Part shown: piece by piece, positions 23,846 through 38,529 of the stretch | Layout of the letters: every line of letters starts with the position of its first letter | How positions within the stretch are numbered: the first letter of the stretch is position 1 | Assembly: GCF_009914755.1 (NCBI RefSeq) | Contig: NC_060938.1 | Strand: one strand, 5' to 3' | Length of the DNA: 64,000 bases | DNA from: the human T2T-CHM13v2.0 reference genome, Homo sapiens | Position numbers and translations under genes: made by a program | Notes under the pieces: model-generated | Database searches by the model: none | The model's input: the letters and a program-made list of their open reading frames with translations, nothing else | Told to the model about the DNA's origin: nothing

Positions 23846-23953
23846 TTGAGATGGAGATCTCGCTATGTTGCCCAGGCTGGATTTGAACTTCCAGGCTCAA
23901 GGAATTCTCTGCTCTCACATAGCTCAGACTATAGGTGCACCACTACACCAAGC
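23846..23953 (-). mobile_element. Alu monomer (FLAM-like)
   Basis: TTGAGATGGAGATCTCGCTATGTTGCCCAGGCTGG...CACCACTACACCAAGC. Confidence 0.85.
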
Positions 23954-23999
23954 TTATTCTTTTTAATGAGATTGTTTCCTTTTACCAATGAATGTCTAA

Positions 24000-24230
24000 A
24001 TATTGCTTTACAACTTACAAAGAGCTTTCACATTCATAACTAGTTTATTCTTTAACAAACAAGTAAAGTAGATAAGGCATGATTATCTGATTATCCCCAT
24101 TTTACAGATAAAGAAACTCAATCTCAAGGTTGGTAAAGGGACTCTGTCAAATGTCACTAACCTAGGAAGCACAGGAGCTGAAACATGAACTGCATTTTTC
24201 AAACCTGGGAAGAACGTACATTTTCTCATG
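24000..24230 (-). mobile_element. MIR
   Basis: ATTATCCCCATTTTACAGATAAAGAAACTCA core. Confidence 0.75.
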
Positions 24231-26659
24231 TTGCTGTGTCTCAGCCTAGGGACAAGTGGAAAGGAAATATTCAATAGAAGTTCTCAGTAAAACTAAAAGT
24301 ATTGTGTGATAGGGTTAAATCTGATTTCTTGTAGGAGAGATACAACTGCCTCCATAAGAATTGTATCCAAGGCCTGGCAGACAGCTCAACACATCTCATT
24401 CTTCCCTTTATTATCAATAGACTGAGTTTGTGGTTTGGATGGGATTTTTATGACCATGTATACTTCATCCTATATGTATAATGTTTTGGGCAAGTCATTT
24501 GCATGTGCTTTGGGATTCGGCACTGCACATTGCAGATTACACACCTAAACTCCCTATAGCAATCCCAGAGAAAACTTAACATGATGAAGACCCATATTAA
24601 TCTCCAGCAAGTTCACCCCCAGATATAATGTCAGTGGACTGGAGCTTCATCAGGGAATGTTTCCTGTTGCTACCTCACAAGGGAACCATTTGTTTTCCAA
24701 GCAAGAGAAATGAATCTTTTGATAATATTTTATTATGATGTTATCTCAAATGAGGTAATTTGATTTGATGAATGCAAATCCAGAAGATTGGCAGTTAGTA
24801 TGTTTTCTCCCTTTTAAAAGTATTTGAATTTTTCAAGGAAATTCAGTTTAGGTGAATAATGACAGATACCCAATTCCTTTTGTAGGAACAGTATCATTGC
24901 AACTTGCTTGTTATCCTGAATCCCAGGAAATAGTCTTTTCTCTCATTTATAGAAGTCTTCTAAAACCTGAGTGTATTTATATAAAACCCTTCCCACCGTC
25001 AATAAATTCATAACATAAAATGAGTAAAACTGAACATATAGTAAAATTTAGAGTAAAAAATAAAGTATCAATGTGTTCAGCTATAGGTTTCATGGTAGCT
25101 TTAATAGCTAATATTAATATTATGATGAAAGAAACTTTTCCTATATATTCCCACATCTTGGGTTTAAGATACCACAATGAAAGGTCTTAGCTTGGGAACC
25201 AGGATGGGAAATTGCTAATGATATAAAAATATTTCTTGTTGTATCTCTGCACTTTTCCCAAAAGATAGACACATTAAACACCTTGGCAAAGTATTCAATG
25301 TATTTGTTAAAATGAATTCTCCATCTCTTCAATGACTACAAAGTAAATTTATATTAATGACTTTAAAATAATTTACCATTTGATGGATAGAAGGGGACTT
25401 TGATCATTTTGCTTCTTCAAGAGATTACATGATTTGTCCAAAGTCATAAGTTTTAGAGATTGAAGTAAGATTTGAATTCAAGTGTTCAGTGTGCTAATTC
25501 ATGTCACCTTGAAACCACTGAGGTAGAAAGTCTGCTCTTTTAAAAATAAGAAATAACACGAAATTCCCACATCATTTCTATAAATTCTTATAGTGGAACA
25601 AATGAGCTGTGTCTTCTGAATTATTAGTTGGTCTTAGAACTTAAAGTTATTTAAGATTGTCTTCTGGCTTCAAGAAGAAACAGAATCTTCACTTCTGGAT
25701 GTATTACTAATCCTAAACTATTGTGTAACTTTTATATTTTAAGGTACATGATATTTGAGAGAACAAAGAGTTTATTTCATGGTTCCCATTTTTATCTTCC
25801 CACTCAATACCTGAAACTAAGTTGTGTTTTATTATTTAATTTTATTTTGTCTTTGGAGAAGTTCAATATTATTTTTCACTGATAAATATTAACACAATTC
25901 AGTGCCATTTATTTTACTTTCTTAGATAAATCAAACCCTAAAAAAATAAATTTCAACAACGAAGTTACTTGCTAGAAGTGGAAATTCAGTGTAGTCAGCC
26001 ATTCTTTGGAGAGTGATCTGGAAGAAGAAAAAGGATGGGCATTATGAATCAGAGTTAAAAGCATTAGTGAAGAAAAATGTCCCATTTCCCCCCTCATACT
26101 AATGGCGTAAATGTGTTTGTGATTGTGGTGACAGTCATTTCTCATGAGGCTAATAGCTGCAATGTGTGTCCAAAATGATTCACTGCCATTCCTACTCACA
26201 TGCCAAATTATTCCTTTTAAGTGTCAGTCTTAGATATTTCATTCCTCTAAATGTATAAATTTAGTCAATTCTGTTTGGCACAAAATTAGGAGAAGTAAAT
26301 ATTACCCTCCAGTAAACTATAATCTTGTAAGGCTGCAGGAATAACAGCCCTCTTCTTCATATTTTTAAATAAAATGCTCATCCACCCCCTTCATGACACC
26401 CAGAGGAATTTGAAAATGTGACAAGTCATGGAATCAGCTGTTAAAGGGAGACCTGCTTCTGGCTGATGGATTGAGCCAATTTCCATTCCTACTCAAGAAC
26501 AATATGGTCACAAATGCCAGCGCATAAATTAGCCCCGAGTGTAGGAGGAAACACTCCCCTGCAAGCTGACAGAGTATCACCCCAAAATATCTCTTATAGC
26601 TTATAAATAAAGAAATCTGTTTCTCTGATCCAGTACAGGCAATAAAGTGCAGCAGAGAG

Positions 26660-26890
26660 GATGGGTACTTCAGAGGCTCAGAGTCTAAACTCGAGTTAAG
26701 ACCCAGATCTGCTGTTTTTTATTTGTGTGATCTACCACAAGTCAGATAACTTCCCTGAACTTCAGTTTTCCTCATCTCAAGTCTTTAAACATATATGAAG
26801 CTATTTACCTTACAGCATAGTTGTAAAGAATAAATAATATAATGATTGTAAATGTTGATCGTTATCTAATCGTTATCTAATACTAGTTTT
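26660..26890 (+). mobile_element. MIR
   Basis: TGTGTGATCT...CAAGTC...CCTGAACTTCAGTTTTCCTCATCT core. Confidence 0.65.
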
Positions 26891-27348
26891 TCCTCCTTTT
26901 GTGTGCCATATTGAGAATGTTCCTTCCAGTAGCCAGAGTCTAGAATGGCAAGGATCAGTATAGGGAAGTTTAAGAATTATTTCCAAAATAATGCTCTTAC
27001 AACTACTATTTACCAAGTGTTTATTTTATGCTGTGGGATAAGCAAAATTTCCAACATATACTTATTCCTCACAAAAACCTATGATCTAATATTCTCATTT
27101 TACAATAAAGAAGGTGCAGGTCAGAAAGGATAGAGTCTTTGACTTATTGTCAATGAAGACATAATTTAAAGCCTGATTCTACAGGTATTTACTGAGCTTG
27201 GCATGTGCCAGGCAATATGCTCAGGGCTGGAAACACTCGGGAAAATAAAATACTGAAAATGTCACAGCTGTACATTCTTGTGGGGAAGACAGACCTCAAA
27301 CAAGTCAACATATACACAGCAACTGAAAGAAAGAGTTAGCCAGGGATG

Positions 27349-27381
<33 letters not shown>
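27349..27381. repeat. (AAT)n microsatellite
   Basis: About 11 units. Confidence 0.95.
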
Positions 27382-28269
27382 GAATAAAGACCTTTGCTAG
27401 GTTAAAGGTCAGAAAGGCCCAGGCCTGTCACAAAGATACCTGAGGCAAGAGGGAAAGAGAAAAGATTTCAGATCGGAAGGTTCCCTTTTGCCTTTAATTG
27501 GACCAGATTCATTGGAGAATGCCAGAAATCTGTAGGCCCCAACATTTTAGGCATAGACAAAAATGTCTTTTCTATATTATGCGAAAGATATGGGCATCAC
27601 AGGGACACACAGTCATGTGGACCTGATTCACTGCTCCTTTGCTGCTACTAAATCTCAAACACTTAGCCTGCAATCAATGGTGCTCATTTTCCAAAGAGCC
27701 TGGATTATAACTATTTCCATGCAAAGCACTTTTCACACAATATATGGGAATTTTTCAGTCGGCCGTACACATTCTAATCTTGATAGCTGCCCTCTGTTCT
27801 TGGGCCTTTTCATTTGTCTTTTGTCTAGGTTACTGATCTTTTTTTAAAAGGCATTTTTCTTTTTCTTTTTTTTTCTTTTGTGCAGACATGCTCATCAGCC
27901 AGCAGATGCTCCCCTCTTGCACAAAACTGAGCAGAGGTGTCCTGTAGCTTGAGTTATCATCAGTTCCCAGCTAAGCCAGCTGGGGAGGATGGCAAATGCA
28001 CTCATTGACACTCGAGGTTTTAAAGAGCAAAGTGCTACCAGAAGAGTCTTTCAAATTCTCAGATATATTTTGACTCATATGGCACTCTATTGCTGAGAAA
28101 TATTTAGAGTCAATCTTCTTAGTTTATTAGAGGGTCACTGGAGAAACACAGGATCCTCAGGCAGGAGGTTAACAGATGAAATATAAATGAAACACTGCAT
28201 GATCAGTCAGAAGAAAAACTCCAGGTGCACATACAGTCAACTGGTTCAGAGCTCAGTTGCAGAAGGCAG

Positions 28270-28595
28270 AGAGATCTGATCCAGGAACCTGGCTTTTCCA
28301 GAGTTGAGCTGTGTGTAAATTTGGGCAAGTTACTTCATAGTGTTACAAGAATGAAAGCAGATAATGCCAAAAATATTTAATTGCCTTTTGAGTCAAACTC
28401 AATTTATCAAGACATAATGTGTATAGCATTTGTATCAGCTGGTAACATAATCTTTCATGCTATATTCCATTCCCTCCCACTGCATTATTTCTCCAATGTG
28501 ACCAGCAATAAGAGTTCTGAAATGCATCACATAAAATTGTTAGTATAGTGACAGATCAATAATAATTGCTCAAAAATTTTAGTTTTCTGACATTG
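28270..28595 (+). mobile_element. MIR split by a 169-bp insertion
   Basis: AGCTGTGTGTAAATTTGGGCAAGTTACTT...GAATGAAAGCAGATAATG | insertion | ATTGTTAGTATAGTG...TGCTCAAAAATTTTAG. Confidence 0.55.
28367..28535 (+). repeat. Dispersed direct duplication A, copy 1 (169 bp)
   Basis: Matches 30840-31009 with 10 substitutions and 1 indel (~93-94%). Confidence 0.97.
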
Positions 28596-29446
28596 TCCTA
28601 AATATTATTTATGACTACTGCTATTAAAGTACCAAGTGACAAGAAAAATGCTGGCTTGAGATCATCACGCAGTGTATGAATAATCTATATGGAAAAATTT
28701 TTGAGTATGTATTTAATTTTCTAAATAAAGTACCAGATATCATTCGTAAAAAGGTTTGTTTACTTACTAGTGCTATCAACCCTCATCTGGCCTCTTAATC
28801 TCCCATCCAAACTTGGTTTGTCTTCAGCACTATTAAGTTATTTTAGATTTTTAAATAAAGTACAGAGATATTAAGCCCTGCATTCTGGCAATATGCTTCT
28901 TGCTAATTCTGAAGAAGTTGAGAGCATGGTTTGGAGTCTCATCTCGCTCTGCCACTTTTCAGCAGTGTGAGAAATTGGCCACTCAGTTCCTGAGTTTCTG
29001 AATATTTATTTTAGAAATAACAATCCCTGCGTACCCCTGAGATTTGGTATAAAGATGCAAAATGACAATGGATCTGAAATTTTCATAGTTCAAAATTAGT
29101 TAGTTCTCTTATCAAAAATAAATAATGATTTATCTTACTCTCAGGAATAAAAACACATAAAATATCTACAAATATGGTAATCCCATTAGCATATAACTGC
29201 ATATAACAGGCAATCAAATATTGTTTTGTAAATATTTTCTTTCTCTTGGTGATAAGTTTTTTTAAAAATTGGAGGTTTGATTTCTCCCAGTGCTATTCTG
29301 GAATCTATAAACTTTAATGCTGTTACACATGGGCTAAAAGCACCATGTGAGACTGGTGAGAGGTATGTTTTAAAAAGAGAAGATGGCTGCCTGCAGCCCT
29401 GCAAAGAGACTAAAATAAACAAACAAGATAGGTGTTCCTTCTTTAA

Positions 29447-29500
29447 GTGTGTGTGTGTGTTTGTGTGTGTGTATATATGTGTGTGTTTGTGTGTGTGTGT
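29447..29500. repeat. Imperfect (TG)n microsatellite
   Basis: Seen directly. Confidence 0.9.
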
Positions 29501-30839
29501 ATAATTTTACCCTAAGAAATTAAAATAAAGGCTGGCTTTTTGGCAAGTAGCAAATACCTTTTATAGAGGTAGTATTTTGAGATGATATCCATTTATATAT
29601 TAGTATGAGTGAATTTCAGATCCTTTTATGATAGCAGGTTCAGTTATGCATAATTTGAGAAAAGAGAAGACATAAAAGACTACAGACTTTAAAACATGAG
29701 AGCAAACCTTTTAACTTTGGCTAATAGCAAGGATATGCCCAGTAACAGAAAACATAAGTTCAAATCAATGGAAAAACACTAGTTAAAAGATAGTTAAGGC
29801 TAGCCAGCAGTAACAGAGGCTTTGAAGAAATAAATTATATAGTTTGGTACTACATAGTTTGCCTACATAGGTCTTAAAACTAATGTTTGAAAAGAAAATA
29901 GCATCATGAAATATAGCCTCTCCTAAAGGCATATTATTAAAAACAATTCCAACTTGAAAATAATATTAATTTTAATCAAACTGAGTTATATTTTAAATCA
30001 GTAAGTAAAAGTGCCAAACATATATCATATGCATACTCACTCCCACACATACACTGTGATCTGAGGTGGAAAAACAATATGGGCGAAAAGCTAAAAGGAA
30101 GAGTATGTAAACCCATGTGATTTGTTTCCCCCTGAGTAAAATATAAATAAATCTCTATTCAAAAATCATTCAGGCTTCTGAAGGTCCCATCTCCAGTGTC
30201 TGTGGAGCAGTGATGGGCTGGGTGACTACAGCACTTCTAGCATTCCATGAATAATTATCTGTGTCTGGAGTGCTTGCCAGCATGACGCGTCTTCATTTCA
30301 TTAAGGGAAAGAAGGACAGGCTGGAATTGGCAATGGCAGAATTCATTTATCAAATTTTAATGGAGAAGCCACTCAGGAAGGGCGGGCTTAATGAGATATT
30401 TCTCAAGAAATTAGCCAGTTTCTATTAAAGGGCCATCTCCTCTCTGTCCCTGGTAGTGATGGATAGCAGGGGCTCTGGCACAGGGAAACCTCCCACCCTC
30501 CCCTTTGCTTTGCTTTTCTGAGATGCGTGATCATTTTTGGATGATCCAACTCACAAATGCTTGAATGAATCACTATTGTAAAGTAAAACCAAATTTTAAC
30601 ATAGAGAAAAGGGACTGATTTTATTTTCTGGATTTAATTCATGGAGAGAAACATACCAGCGTACCTAGGCTTGCCTAACACTAATATCACTAAAACTGCT
30701 CATGCTCCAGTTCTGCAAGCTAAAGAGGAAGTTATCTCTCATTTTTGCTATTTTTCTTGTTGTTGTAGTCATACTTTTTGTTTGGAGTAAATGCAGCCAA
30801 TTTATTGCAGAATCCCCTTTTCAAAAATTTCTAAAGGTA

Positions 30840-31009
30840 CCAAAAATATTTAATTGCCTTTTGATTCAAACTCAATTTATCAAGACATAATGTATATAGC
30901 ATTCACATCAGCTGGTATCATAATCTTTCATTCTATATTCCATTCCCTCCCACCACATTATTGCTCCAATGTGACCAGCAATAAGAAGTTCTGAAATGCA
31001 TCACATAAA
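30840..31009 (+). repeat. Dispersed direct duplication A, copy 2 (170 bp)
   Basis: Partner of 28367-28535. Confidence 0.97.
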
Positions 31010-31082
31010 TGTAAATAAATAATCAATTATGTGGCTAAAAAATCACTATTGTTCTCCTACTGGAAAAGGAGATTTATGCCGG

Positions 31083-32194
31083 TGTTAAAAGAAAAAATCT
31101 GACTATTTAAATTTAGCAGAGTTTATTTGAGCAAAGAATGATTCACAAATTAGGCAGCACTCAGAAACAGGAGAGTATCAGTGAGCTCCCTGCCACAATG
31201 CAGGCAGGAAGTATTTATAGACAGAAAATGGAAGTCAACTGCAAAAATACAGTAGTGTCCCCTTGTCTGCAGTTTTGCTTTCCAGTGTTTCATGTATCCA
31301 CAGTCAATCAACTTTTGAAAATATTAAATAGACTACTACAAAAATAAATAACTCATATTTTTTAAATTTCCCATTATTCTGAGTAGTGTGACAAACTCCT
31401 GTGCTATACTGCTCCATCTCACCTGAACGTGAATCATCCCTCTGCCCAGTATATCCACGCTGTCTACACTACTTGCCGGCTAGTCACTATTAGCCTTTTC
31501 AGTGTCAGATATTGCAATGCTTGGGTTCAAGTCATCCTTATTTTACTTTATATTGGCCCAAAGTGCAATAATGGGGCAATTCAGATATGCCAAAGAAGTG
31601 GTGAAGTGCCTACTTTAAATGAAAAGATGAAAGTTCTTGACTTAATAAGGAAGGAAAAAAATTATATGCTGAGGTTACGAAGATCGACGATAAGAATGGA
31701 TTTTCCATCCATGAAATTGTGAAGAAGGAAAAAGAAATCTGTGTTAGTTTTGCTGTCACACCTCAAAGTATAAAAATTACAACCATGGTATGTTAAAAGT
31801 GCTTAGGTGAGATGGAAAAGGCATTACATTTTTGAGCACAAGACATGAACAGAAACATGTTCCAAATGAGGGTTCAGTAGTATGCAAAGTTTCAGGCATC
31901 TACTGGGAATCTTAGATTGTATCCTTTGAGGCTAATGGGGGTGGCCACTCTAGCTTGATTGGTTACAGCTCAGCATTTCCTTTCTTGAAACATGGTCTGA
32001 TCAGTTGGCAGCAAGTGATTGGCTGAAACTTGGCTACTTGTCATTGGCTGAGCTGTCTGCTACACTGTTTGTTACACTTCTAGGTTAGATTTTCAATTTG
32101 TTTACATATTAATTTACATTGCAATTCCTTAGGTAGGAACACAAAGTAAGGAGACAGCCTCAGGCCAATGACTTCCTGTTTATTGAATTTAACA
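31083..32194 (-). mobile_element. MER57-family ERV1 solo LTR interrupted by MER44
   Basis: TGTTAAAAGAAAAA...GAATTTAACA termini and repeated TGATTGG (CCAAT) boxes. TSD CCGG/TTGG is degenerate. Confidence 0.75.
31250..31950 (+). mobile_element. MER44 (Tigger7 deletion derivative)
   Basis: Begins CAGTAGTGTCCCCTTGTCTGCAG with TA TSDs. Contains a transposase N-terminal HTH remnant (LNEKMKVLDLIRKEK in ORF 31429-31722). Confidence 0.85.
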
Positions 32195-32339
32195 TTGGGA
32201 TTCTTAGTAAATTATTTACATAAAATTGGTGATAAGGAGCAAAAAGTTAAGCATGCGCATTATTTTCACAAAGAGACTTAGAAAGTACAATTGATTGTGC
32301 TCTTTACTAAAAAGCAAGAGGACATATATTTTGTGATTT

Positions 32340-33000
32340 ATTTATATAATAAATATTTATTTATTGAGCCTTTAGTCTAAGCCAGACACTGTACTAGACA
32401 ATGAAAAGATATTAGTGAATAAACACAGATTTTTTTTTCCTAAATGAACTTAGACTTTTATGAAGGATACACACCATAAATACTTGAACAAATAAATAAA
32501 TACAGACTGTGTAATGTTGGCTAATGAACTCTCCGAACTTCACTGGGTTGTTTATTTAACAGATAAAAATTAAACATTTATACTTGTACAACATATGGTT
32601 AGTATGGTCAATATTGAATCAAAGTTGTTGGCATGAGGAAATTTTCTTGTACAGGAACATGAGAAGAAAATATAGGAAGTAAATAAAATTCTGTGGCTAT
32701 ATCAAAGCCCAAAGGAGGCCAACATAGGACTGTGAATATTTTCAATGGCAAAGAAAGACAGAGACAGAGAGAAAGAGACAGAGAGAGACAGGGAGAGAGA
32801 GAGAGAAAGAGATTTACAATTGAGGGGAAGAAAGATAAATAAGATTCTGGGGCAAGAGATTGAAGAGGCAGACAAAATGGCAAGGGAGAGCAGTGATCTT
32901 GGCAGAAATATGTTAGGTTGATTCAAACAAATGTGAATAAGTAGCTAGAAAACAGAAGGTTACAATAAGCAAGGCTGGAAATGTGTTGGGTATGAACTAA
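32340..33000 (-). mobile_element. L2 fragment with an internal (GA)-rich microsatellite at ~32750-32810
   Basis: ATTTATTGAGCC...AGCCAGACACTGTACTAGAC tail motif. Confidence 0.6.
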
Positions 33001-33129
33001 ATATTTGGCTTTCTGCCATATCAGGTCTTCATCTATTTCCCAAAGTTTGCACATTCTAATAATCTTTACGCCTTGACATCTTTTTCTTACAAAAATATGT
33101 ATCTTTTTTTTTTAGTTACCATAGAGTTT

Positions 33130-33347
33130 GCAAGGACTGTCTAGTTTTGTAGTTATTAGCCACATGTGACTTGTAAAAACTTTTACCTGCAAATGCAAAG
33201 AATTTCTTAGTCACACTAATAGTATTTCAAATGCTCAATGGGCTCACGTGACTAGAAGCTGCTTAGTGGACAGTGCAGAAATTATAGACAATGTCTATAT
33301 CACTGCAGAAAGTTTTTTTTTTTTTTTTTTTTTTTGGACAATTCTGC
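33130..33347 (-). mobile_element. MER3-like MITE with an internal poly(T) run at 33313-33335
   Basis: TAGCCACATGTG, TATTTCAAATGCTCAA and TGGACAGTGCAG...TCACTGCAGAAAGT motifs. Confidence 0.7.
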
Positions 33348-34374
33348 TCTAGAAAGACTGGGAGCTGGTTTAATTGTGCTTTTCACAGAGTGGAGGTTTA
33401 GTAGATCTGTGGAATAAGTGTTGAACAAATGTAATGAATACTGCTCAAATGACACCTTCTTAGATATCAGACCGGAGCAGGTCCTATGTAACAAGCTTTT
33501 ATTGTCTGCTATGTTTCTCCTTCAGATCATTCATAACAGTGTGATTAGTCATTATTTCTGTTGTTATTATTTAATATTTGCCTCCCGCAAGTAATTGCAT
33601 AGACTGTGACAGCAAGAGACCATTTCTTTCTTCTTGGTACCATTTCCTATCTCTTAACATTTTGAACTGCGAGAGCATGTTGTTTTAATGAAAGAATTAA
33701 AAAATGCTATAGGAAGGAATGGCATATTCTTATGAAGTTGGATATCACTCCACACAATTTTGACCACAGACAATTCTGTGCCATAGAAATACTTAAGGAG
33801 CAAGGAACTAGCAGAACACACAAGTGGGTAGGTTACCCCTCTCCTGTGGCTCTAACCCCGTCTGTATTAGCCACTCTAAGGCCTCACTGATGTGTGGAGT
33901 GCCTCAATGGGAGAAATAAGTCTGGCTTAGCATATTTTAGTGGACTTAACTACAGTGAAGTCCAGCTAGCCACTGAGTAGAAGCAGAATATCTGCTTTAT
34001 AAATGTTAGTTTTGGGGAGTCAAGTCTGAGGCAAGACAGCACGTTCCCTGACCCATGGAGTTTCTATGGTGCTAGGGGCATGCAGTCTTGCAAAATGACT
34101 AATTATTCAGGAATATATTGTGCCCCAACCCAGTATTATGCCAGACAGAAATGTTCTCAGCCACACCTGCCAGTGTTCTTTGGGTGATGAGATACTCCCT
34201 TTTGTCTGGCCACAGGGAGGGAGGTACGAAGGCCCTGGCTGGAGAAAGTCAGCATAGTTGGGTTGTCAAGCACTGCTTTGATCAAGGAGGCAATGTTCTC
34301 ATCAGTCCACGTTGGAGAGAAGGAGCAGATTAAGTGAAAGAGCTAGGTTTGAGTCTCTGACATTATTCCCATCA

Positions 34375-34535
34375 AAAAATGGGAAAGTGTGGTCCCCAAG
34401 GTGGGCAGCAGAAGCATCACCTGAGAATTTGTCACAAATGCAAATTCTCATGACCCTGGGGGTGGAGTCCAGAAATGCGTGTTTGAGCAAGCCACCCATG
34501 GGATTCTGAGGGGCGCTAAAGTTTGAGGATCACTG
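34375..34535 (+). mobile_element. MER5A/MER5A1
   Basis: AAAGTGTGGTCCCC...AAATGCAAATTCTC...AAAGTTTGAGGATCACTG. Confidence 0.8.
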
Positions 34536-34901
34536 AACTAGAGGAAAAGGAAGTGATGTCATATCCCTGCCTTCACTGGATCTTGGAATCAGAGCCCAGT
34601 AATGGAGGCTGGGTACTGCTCCTGCTTCTGCCATGCAATAAGAGGATCATTTTTAAGTATATCCTTGAATAGAAACCATTTCCTAGCATTACATTTAGAA
34701 TCATCAGCTACCCAAGGCCTTCTAAGACTGATCTCAGAGAGGAAGAACTTCAGATGATGAGATTTTCTGGTATTGAGGCACAACCTTGCCAGGGCTCCAG
34801 CTGGTGCCAGGAACCTTAGATCAGGATTTATTCCAGCATCAGAAACATTGAGAATTGAGAAGCACCACCTACCCTGACTCCACAATGATCCTCTCCTTTC
34901 T

Positions 34902-35238
<337 letters not shown>

Positions 35239-36852
35239 TAGCACAGCTTCTGTTTTTTAAGTCCATAAACCGAAATATCTTGTAATTTACCACTTTCTGT
35301 CTGAAAAGCTCCTCTTCAGCAGCTTTTAGGGATTTCAAGATAGTATTTTGTCTCTGTCAATACTATATTGTTAAGTAGTTGGTCCTCCTATAGAAAAATA
35401 AAAAAAAAAAAATCCAAAGCAAAATTAAATATTAACTCACTCTGTGATGTGGGAAAACTTTCTAGTAGGAAAAACAAAAAGAATTCAAATGTTTGAACTT
35501 ATAAAAATATTTTTCTCTATCTTATTTTGGTGTATTTGAAGATCTGGCTGTCATTCCTCATGAATATATTCAGGAAATAAAATTATAGGTCTTGCCATCT
35601 TCACATATCTCAGTCAGGAAGTTAATCCCATCCAACCAAAAGTCCTGATCCTAACAGTTTTCCTGTTTATCCTCAGAGTCGGTACTTACCGGAGAAAGGA
35701 AACAGCTGGTCAGCATCTTATATGCCATTGGCTTTGGCATTCTGACTTACTTTTGGCAACAGAGTTGTTTCATTACTAACTCTGTAGAAGGTTTTAGAAA
35801 TGGATACTATAGAAAATGACACCAAATTTCAATCAAATAAAATTTCCAGGGGAATTTTGATCAGTTTGCTGCTGGCAAGATGATTATAATCTTTTGAGAA
35901 TGAAATTCACATGGAAAGGTGATCATGACCACATTCTCACAGTGAGCTCCATCTGGACATAAGCAGCTCCCTTTCAGAAAAACAGGTCTGATAACCCCTA
36001 CTGAGAGGGCTTTCCACATCAAGGCAAATTTCATGTGAGCCAACATAAACTATGACATCAAAAAACACCAACTTCCAAAAGGTGGTAACCTCTTACTATA
36101 ATGCAGAGAACAGAACACAATATTTCAGCTTCACTTTTGATACGCCTATGATATCATTACTGTTCATAGGTCTGCTCCGATAAATTGTTCATTTTTTTTT
36201 TTAAATTACTGTAAGCTATAGGAATTGTTTTTGTTTCAAAACGTTTTAAAACAGGATCCTTGTAGCGGGAGCTCTTAAATCATCAGAATTTTCTTCCTTG
36301 TTATTCTATAACTGTTCAAAGAAAATTAATGTTCAAGTGATGACCCCAGAGTTTATAAGATTTCTTAGTATCAAAGAAAGATTAAATTACCTTCACAGAA
36401 CTGTGTTTGTAAAGGAAGAAAGAAGGGATTAGCAAGGTTTTCAGAGATTTTGCAAAAGAGGCAGAAATAAAAATAGGTAACATGAGATAGGACGATCATC
36501 AACGGTGGCTAAAAGCTAGGTAAAATATTATGGAATAGGATGGTCACATCATGTTAAAATGAACTTGGTAGACTACTTGAAATTGCAAAAAAAAAAAAAA
36601 AGTCTTTTTTGTAATGCAATACCTGGCAGTGACCACTTTAACAATGTCACCAAAATTAGTTTCACTGATAATTAAACAACCTGACAGGTCACATTCTCCA
36701 ACATTATGTGACTTGAAGGTCACAGCATCTCCTGTAAATTATTTTTGCCAAGTATGTGTAGTCCAGATTTCTTCAAGCCTGAGGCTGAATCTCTATCATT
36801 TAAGAAATATAAAACATAGAGAAACAAGTTAAATAACACAGGTAAGTAATAG

Positions 36853-37705
<853 letters not shown>

Positions 37706-37894
37706 CACAGAAAAGGAGAAGATAATAATGATGAACAAGTAGGAAGAAGCAGCACTCTTCTGGTCTCAGAGATTAAAGAGATATAGCAACTAAAAGTGGA
37801 GCCTGAATTCTGACTCGGGCTCCAAATTATTAAAAGCAGTTATAAAATCCAGTTGCTGAAATCATTGAGAATATGAGTGTGGACTAGATATTAG

Positions 37895-38263
<369 letters not shown>

Positions 38264-38529
38264 TGTACCTTACTTTCAAATTAAGAAAAAAATTAAAAAG
38301 CAATGCACATACATAGTAAGAATGATAAAGTCAATATGACAGAAAGTAAATAATTGTTTAAAGTAGGTGATGTATGTAGATTCATTGCACAAATCTTTTA
38401 GTGTATGTTTAAAGTATTCTTAATAAACAAGAATTATTATTATAGAAATTATTCCATAACAACAATGTATTCTGTAAAGTATTTAAAAGTTAGTCAGTTA
38501 AAAAACATTCATTAACCAGAATATCATTT

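Noticed and set aside
34549-34561. ETS-CRE composite site GGAAGTGATGTCA
   Set aside because: The central CpG is lost and it is a single isolated motif.
35684-35760. Minus-strand first exon (CCAAT, TATAAG, CCG|GTAAGTA)
   Set aside because: The motif spacing is too tight for a promoter plus exon, and isolated donors are expected by chance.
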